From NCBI GenBank assembly GCA_963555825.3, contig CAUVXB020000002.1, positions 672,001-736,000 on the forward strand: a DNA stretch of 64,000 nt, written 5' to 3'. How positions within the stretch are numbered: position 1 is the stretch's first letter; every line of letters starts with the position of its first letter. The DNA is from Alphaproteobacteria bacterium. Its GTDB lineage: Bacteria; Pseudomonadota; Alphaproteobacteria; JAAXGF01. Positions 58,453 through 64,000 of the stretch are shown in pieces. The translations under genes were made by a program, and so were the position numbers. Under the pieces are notes generated by a model. It saw only the letters and a list, made by a program, of their open reading frames with translations, was not told the origin of the DNA and searched no databases.

Positions 58453-59508
58453 CTAGCCCTTCGTATTGCGATAGCGGGCCGCGTCTTTCCAGAGTTCCTC
58501 GAACGCCTGCTGGGATTTCCAGGCCTTGGCAAACCAGGGATTTCCCTTGGCCTGCTGCGCGGCCCATTCCCTGGCCAGCTTCTTCGTCTTCACCTGGACC
58601 GACTCATCGAGCTCGATGATCTCGTTGCCGGCGTTGCGATAGTAATCCAGGGCCTTGGCGTCCTCGTGGCCGATCCGGGTCCAGGTCTCGAAGGTGACCA
58701 TCTTCGCGGCCTCTTCAACCAGGGCCTTGTCGCGATCGGAAATCTTGTTCCAGGCTTTCTTGTTGAACAGGATCTCGAACGGCGCCACGGGCTGATGAAC
58801 CCCCGGGATGATCACGTATTTGGCGATCTTGTTGAATCCCGGTGAGATATTTTCCCACAGCGTGCCCCACTCGGTCGCATCGAGCACCCCGCGCTCGAGC
58901 GACGTGTAGACCTCAGCCCCCGGCATGGTGACAGGTGCCGCGCCCAGGCTCTTGGATATCTCGAGCCAGGCGCCCGCGGTGCGGATCTTCAGGCCCTTGA
59001 GGTCGGCCAGCGTGCGAACGGCCTTGCGCGAGTGCAGGAAGGCTTCGGCGGTGCGGATGAAACACGGCATCGATATGACACCGAACTTCTCTTCGCGGAA
59101 TTTCCGCCACATCGCCAGCCCCCCGGCCTCGTAGAGCCAGTGAAGCATGCGCTCCGAATCCATGCTGCCGGCGAATCCGCCGAACACCACGGTGGTCTTG
59201 TCGCGACCCCAGTCGTAGCCCATCCAGGTGTGGCCGACTTCGGCGACGCCGTTGCGCACGGTCTCCGAAACCTTGAGCGCCGAGCCGAGCTGCCCCCCGG
59301 GAAAGACCTGGATCTCGATCCGCCCGTTGGTCAGGAACTTGACCTTTTCGGCGAACGCCTTGGCCCCGATTTCCATCAGCGGTCCGCCGCCCCAGCTGGT
59401 CGCCATTTTCCATTTCGTCTCGGCGGCAAGGCCGTCGTTCGACAGCCCCAGGCTGATGCCAATCCCCGTGGCCGCCGCAAGCAGCGTCAATTTTCGAAAA
59501 AGCGTCAT
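58453..59508 (-). CDS. dctP: TRAP transporter substrate-binding protein
   Basis: Signal peptide, WKMATSW, DLKGLKIR and EVYTSLERGVLDATEW motifs. Confidence 0.93.
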   Translation of the reverse strand: MTLFRKLTLLAAATGIGISLGLSNDGLAAETKWKMATSWGGGPLMEIGAKAFAEKVKFLTNGRIEIQVFPGGQLGSALKVSETVRNGVAEVGHTWMGYDWGRDKTTVVFGGFAGSMDSERMLHWLYEAGGLAMWRKFREEKFGVISMPCFIRTAEAFLHSRKAVRTLADLKGLKIRTAGAWLEISKSLGAAPVTMPGAEVYTSLERGVLDATEWGTLWENISPGFNKIAKYVIIPGVHQPVAPFEILFNKKAWNKISDRDKALVEEAAKMVTFETWTRIGHEDAKALDYYRNAGNEIIELDESVQVKTKKLAREWAAQQAKGNPWFAKAWKSQQAFEELWKDAARYRNTKG

Positions 59509-59626
59509 GAATCCCTCCCTGATTTAACCGGTAATTTATTCGCGCCCTGCATCCTCGATCCCGATGACAGAGCCAACTCTCCGCGGACCGCGGAAGGCAG
59601 GGCGTTTCGGCGGCGATTGTCCGGCT

Positions 59627-59935
59627 TTACCTCGCTTCGTCGGCTGTGATTCCGGCCAGCGCCCCGTCGATGTCCTTGCTTGTTATCTCCCAGTCGTTGT
59701 CGAGATTCGCCACCACCTCGCGCATGAAGCGGTCACAGAGCTGGAGCGCCTTCTGGTCATCGCCGAAGTGATCGGCAAGCAAGGCCAAGGCAAGTTGTGA
59801 CGGCTCGGCCCCTTCGTAGGTCCACTCAAAACCCCCGTCGGTGAATTTCCTGAGGTCATAACGCTCGCCGAGGGGCCTGCCATCGACCAGTACCCGGTTA
59901 CCATCTATCGTGCGGGATCCGGTGTACGTCTTCAT
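59627..59935 (-). CDS. DUF6166-like protein
   Basis: MKTYTGSR...GFEWTYEGAEPSQLALALLADH motif. Confidence 0.75.
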   Translation of the reverse strand: MKTYTGSRTIDGNRVLVDGRPLGERYDLRKFTDGGFEWTYEGAEPSQLALALLADHFGDDQKALQLCDRFMREVVANLDNDWEITSKDIDGALAGITADEAR

Positions 59936-60101
59936 CGCTCCCGCATTCCCGTGTTTGGCGCTAGCTGATATATCTGTAGTATGCTAATGGTGCGCCGTGC
60001 GAAAGTAAAGTGGAGAGCGACCTTACATCCCCGCGTGGCGCCGCGTCCCGGGGCTGGGCGCCGCGCCGGAACTTTTCGAAGGGGAAGCACGCTGCCGAGG
60101 C

Positions 60102-60668
60102 ATGTCCGACGCGATCGAGACCATCAAGACCGAACACCGCAACATCGACCGGGTCCTCGCGGCGCTCGAGGACTCGGTGGCCGGCCTGGCGGCGGCTGGG
60201 ACGAAACCGGACCTCGACCTCCTGTACTCGACCCTCTATTACATCCGCGTATTCCCCGACAAGCTGCACCACCCCAAGGAAGAGGAGTACCTCTTCAAGG
60301 CCCTCAGGCGGCGCCAGCCGGACTCCGCGGCACTCCTCGATGAACTCGAGAAACAGCACGCCGAGGGCGGCCGGCTGATCGCCGAGCTCGAGCGGGCCCT
60401 GACGGCGTACGACCGCACCTACCCCGACGGTCTCGCCGTGCTTCAGGAAGCGACGCGAACCTACGTCGACGCCCAGCGCGAACACATCGGCAAGGAGGAA
60501 CGCGAGGTCCTGCCCCTGGCCCGCCAGTCCCTGAACGAAGAGGACTGGGGCGACATAAGCCGGGCCTTCGCCACGAACAGCGACCCGATGTTCGGCGACA
60601 ACCTGGAGACCGGTTTCCGGGCGCTTTTCGAGCGCATTACACGCGGGCCAGGACCTTCCGGGCCGTAA
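60102..60668 (+). CDS. hemerythrin HHE domain protein
   Basis: EHRNI, HHPKEEEYLF, QHAEG and EHIGKEEREVLP motifs. Confidence 0.9.
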   Translation: MSDAIETIKTEHRNIDRVLAALEDSVAGLAAAGTKPDLDLLYSTLYYIRVFPDKLHHPKEEEYLFKALRRRQPDSAALLDELEKQHAEGGRLIAELERALTAYDRTYPDGLAVLQEATRTYVDAQREHIGKEEREVLPLARQSLNEEDWGDISRAFATNSDPMFGDNLETGFRALFERITRGPGPSGP

Positions 60669-60684
60669 CGCCGTGAACCGATTA

Positions 60685-61827
60685 GTCGTCCGTGAAGAAC
60701 CCTGATTTCAGGGGGGATTGGTCATCGTCGTGAACGAAGGCGGCATGGCGTTGAAGATTGCCGCCAGGATCCGGGCGAACAAAAGCCTGAACCACCTGAG
60801 AACCAGGCGATAGTTGTAGCCGGCGCCGGCGAGGATGGCGTTGATCTTGTCGCCGTCGCGGCCCTTGAGGAAGTTTCTTCCGAGCCGGCCGTCGGTCTTG
60901 AGGTGGCCGATCACGGCCTCGACGGCGGATCGGCGCCGGAGTTCCTTCTTGATGGTCGGCGTGATGCCCCGCTTCTGGCCCGATTTGTAGACCTTGAACT
61001 TGTTCGGGTAATCGTGGCCGGCATAGCCCTTGTCGACGTAGGCGCGTTCGATGCCGACCCCGGTCCAGCGCTCCATCTCCTTGATCACGGTGTTCAGCGT
61101 GTGGCCGTCGTAGGGATTGCCATGGAACGCCTTCATGTGGGTGACGAACTGGCCGCCTGGAGCACGGTTGTTGGTCGCCGCCACCGAGACCTTGCACCCG
61201 AACTCGTAGGGCTTGTGCGCCTTGCCCTTGCCGATGCACTCGACCTCCCGCGCGTGCAGCGAATACACCTTCGGCAGCGGATCGCGACGTTTCTGGGTGA
61301 GCACGCGCTCGCCCAGCCACAAGGGCCGTCGGAAGATATCCCGCAAATCCTGGTCATGGGCCGTCTTGCGGCGGATGTCGCGGATGGTGCGCCCGAGATA
61401 GGTCCTGAGCTTGCGCATCGCCTTGCCCGCCCGCTTGTGCTGCTTGGCGTGGCGGTAGCGCCCCTGCATGATCAAAGCCCGCTTGCCGACGCGCACATAG
61501 GACTGACGCAGGGGAACGCCGTGCGCCTTCGCCAGCCGCACCAGCCTCTGGCGGGCCTTGTGCATGAGCTTGGCGTCGGTGGGGAAGGTGATCGCCTTCT
61601 CCTGAACGGTGGTATCCACCGTCACCCTTCTGAGGTCCTTGGTGCGCAAGGCGCCGGTGCGGTGGGCCACGCCGAGGCTCTCCTGGAACACCTTCTCCAG
61701 GCCTTGCGGACCGATCCGGTCGCGCCACCGGGTCATCGACGAACGCTCGATGGAAAGCTCGAATTGGAAGTATTCCTCGCCGCAGAAGTACTGGAAATAC
61801 GGGTCATAGACCCAGCGTTCGCACACC
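60685..61827 (-). pseudogene. IS5-family transposase and right end, 5' part cut off by IS21
   Basis: PYFQYFCGE, VDTTVQEK, KPYEFG, YVDKGY and RRRSAVEAVIGHLK motifs. ORF 60708-61826 abuts the IS21 end. Confidence 0.88.
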
Positions 61828-62018
61828 TGTCAATGGCGGAGCAAAAAGGGACCACCTCGGCGGTGTAAGAAGGGACCGCTTGGCGGCTGCGGGCTTGTCC
61901 CCGTAGTCCACGGGAGGGCCCCGCGCGCGACGCGGCGTGCCCTCAACAGGCTGACGCGGCGGCGCGCGCGGGAGGGACCTGTGGGCCCACGGGGTCAAGC
62001 GTGGGCTGGGTGGTCGGT

Positions 62019-62783
62019 TCAGTTAGCAGTCGGGGTTTGACGCCTGCGGCTCTGGTTGAGCCTGTAGCTGTCACCGTTCATCTCGAGGATGTTGACGTGG
62101 TGGGTGAGGCGATCGAGGAGCGCGCCGGTGAGGCGCTCGGAGCCGAACACCTCGGTCCATTCGTCGAAGGGCAGATTGGTGGTGACCAGGGTCGAGCCCC
62201 GCTCGTAGCGTTGGCTGAACACCTCGAACAACAGCTCGGCGCCGGTCTTCGACAGCGGCACGAAGCCGAGTTCGTCGACGATCAGAAGCTTGTAGGTGGC
62301 GAGCTTCTTCTGGAACCTCAGCAGCTGCTTGTCATCGCGGGCCTCGATGAGTTCGTGGACCAGCGCGGCGGCGGTGATGAAGCCGACCGAGAGGCCCTTC
62401 TGGCAGGCCGCCAGGCCGAGACCGAGGGCGATGTGGGTCTTGCCGGTCCCACTGTTGCCGAGCGCGATGAGGTTCTCGCGGCGCTCGATGTACTCGCAGC
62501 GGGCCAGCTCCAGGACCAGCGCCTTGTTGAGCGAGGGGATGACCTTGAAGTCGAAGCTGTCGAGGCTCTTGACCACGGGGAAGCGCGCCGCCTTGATGCG
62601 CCGCTCGACCATGCGGCGCTCGCGGTCGATCAGCTCGAGCTCGGCGAGTCTCAACAGGTAGCGGACGTGATCGACGCCTTCCGAGGCGCACTGCCGGGCG
62701 ATCTTGTCGTACTCGCGCAGGAAGGTCGGCAGCTTCAGCGTCTTGAGGTGGTGGGCGAGCAGCACTTGCGGTGTGTCGGTCAT
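62019..62783 (-). CDS. istB: IS21 helper ATPase IstB
   Basis: Identical translation to 21349-22113. Confidence 0.95.
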   Translation of the reverse strand: MTDTPQVLLAHHLKTLKLPTFLREYDKIARQCASEGVDHVRYLLRLAELELIDRERRMVERRIKAARFPVVKSLDSFDFKVIPSLNKALVLELARCEYIERRENLIALGNSGTGKTHIALGLGLAACQKGLSVGFITAAALVHELIEARDDKQLLRFQKKLATYKLLIVDELGFVPLSKTGAELLFEVFSQRYERGSTLVTTNLPFDEWTEVFGSERLTGALLDRLTHHVNILEMNGDSYRLNQSRRRQTPTAN

Positions 62784-64000
62784 GCGCCGAGCCCCGACAG
62801 CAGGCTCATGTACGACTTGGCGGACGTCATCGCGACCCGGGCGCGCGGCAGATACGGATAGACGTCGAGGTTGAGCCTGGGCGGCCGCCGCTCGATGCGG
62901 CACAGTACCAGGTGCTTCACCGCATCAAAGCCGATTGCGCCGAGCCGCAGGGCGTCGCCGACCGCACCCTCGACCTCCTCGAGCCGGAAGGTCTCCAGTA
63001 GACGGAGCACCTGGACGTACTCGCGCTTGCCTGCCTTGCCCATACGAGCTTCGAGGAGCCGCCGCAGAGTGATGAAGGCCTCGGGCAGGTCCCAGCCCGC
63101 CAATGGCGCGGCCTGGTCGAGGGCGCCGATCTTCTGCTCGATCAAGGGCAGGTAATGCAGCGGGTCGAAGATCAGGTCCTCGCTGTCGTAGGACCGGCGG
63201 TGCCGGGCGATCACCTCGGCCCCGCAGCTGATCACCACCTCATCGACGTAGCCCCGGATGAGCACCTCACGGTGGCCGTAGGCCACGGGCACGGAATAGT
63301 CGTTGCTGCGGTAACGCACCAGCGACAGCGAACTCGCCCGTCCAGGGCGCTTATCGCAGGCATCATAGGGAGCAGGCGGCAATGGCAAGAGAACTTGACG
63401 ATCCCGCTCGAGACGCTCGCCGATGGTCTCCTTGTGGCCCCGCAGCCGCGCCGCCTGGCGCCGGCGGCACTGTTCGGCGAGAGCATCGTTGAGGGCCGCG
63501 AAGCTCTCGGCACGCGGGACGGGGACCAGGAAGTTCCGCCGGATGAAGCCGACCAGTCCCTCGACCTTGCCCTTGTCGTTGCCCTTGCCCGGCCGGCCGA
63601 ACCTGTCCTCGAACAGATAGTGGGACTGAAGCTCCGTGAAGACGCGCGTTCGCTGCCGCTTCCCATCGCCCAGGATCCGGGCAACCGCCAGCTTGGTGTT
63701 GTCGTACAGGATGGATCGGGGGACGCCGCCGAAGAAGGCAAACGCCGCGTTGTGGCCATCGCAGAATGCTTCGGTCGTCTCCGCCGGATAGGCCGCAACA
63801 AAGCAACCATCACTGTGGGGAAGGTCGAAGGCAAGGAAGTGGATCTTCCGTAACGCGCCGCCGATCACCGCCATCGCTTCGCCGAAGTCCGCCTGGGCGT
63901 GACCGGGGGAATGGGAGAGTGGCACGAACACCTCACGCGACCGAAGCCCCTGCTCACGAACGTAGTCCTTCACGATGGTGTAGCCGCCCGTGAAACCGTA
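62780..64000 (-). CDS. istA: IS21 transposase IstA (partial)
   Basis: Identical translation to copy 2. Confidence 0.93.
   Translation of the reverse strand, partial: YGFTGGYTIVKDYVREQGLRSREVFVPLSHSPGHAQADFGEAMAVIGGALRKIHFLAFDLPHSDGCFVAAYPAETTEAFCDGHNAAFAFFGGVPRSILYDNTKLAVARILGDGKRQRTRVFTELQSHYLFEDRFGRPGKGNDKGKVEGLVGFIRRNFLVPVPRAESFAALNDALAEQCRRRQAARLRGHKETIGERLERDRQVLLPLPPAPYDACDKRPGRASSLSLVRYRSNDYSVPVAYGHREVLIRGYVDEVVISCGAEVIARHRRSYDSEDLIFDPLHYLPLIEQKIGALDQAAPLAGWDLPEAFITLRRLLEARMGKAGKREYVQVLRLLETFRLEEVEGAVGDALRLGAIGFDAVKHLVLCRIERRPPRLNLDVYPYLPRARVAMTSAKSYMSLLSGLGA

Larger units (their letters stand above)
61828..64000 (-). mobile_element. IS21-family element, copy 3 (cut by window end)
   Basis: Begins TGTCAATGGCGGAGC at 61828. 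Same sequence as copy 2 at offset 40670. Confidence 0.95.

Noticed and set aside
1-64000. CRISPR array, cas genes, retron or reverse transcriptase
   Set aside because: No regularly spaced repeats and no Cas or RT (YADD-type) motifs seen. All long repeats are explained by IS copies.

Overview
GC-rich, Alphaproteobacteria-like accessory region. By my boundary estimates about 25 kb of the 64 kb (~40%) is insertion-sequence DNA: three seemingly identical IS21 copies, three IS1380, three IS256, two IS630, two IS5/IS1182-type, IS3-type, IS5, IS66, IS110-type ends and a 110-bp MITE. Many are nested inside each other's ends. Between the IS blocks lie five cargo segments: (i) sodC; (ii) a decaying surface-polysaccharide cluster (TupA-like ATP-grasp ligase, ABC exporter, GT2, several GT4s, SAM methyltransferase); (iii) a short ytoQ / acyl-CoA ligase / PilZ-like block next to a dead tyrosine integrase; (iv) the degenerate leading region of a conjugative element (umuDC, 17-kDa antigen pseudogene, long ParB, GHKL ATPase, DUF2958, methylase-helicase, small ORFs, SSB, Toprim, DUF2493); and (v) an intact catabolic-type cluster (TRAP transporter, PhyH-type dioxygenase, membrane di-iron hydroxylase, DUF6166-like protein, hemerythrin). 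I recognised no rRNA, tRNA or CRISPR array. Family assignments come from motif recognition by eye, not database searches. IS ends and target-site duplications (TSDs) were read directly from the sequence.
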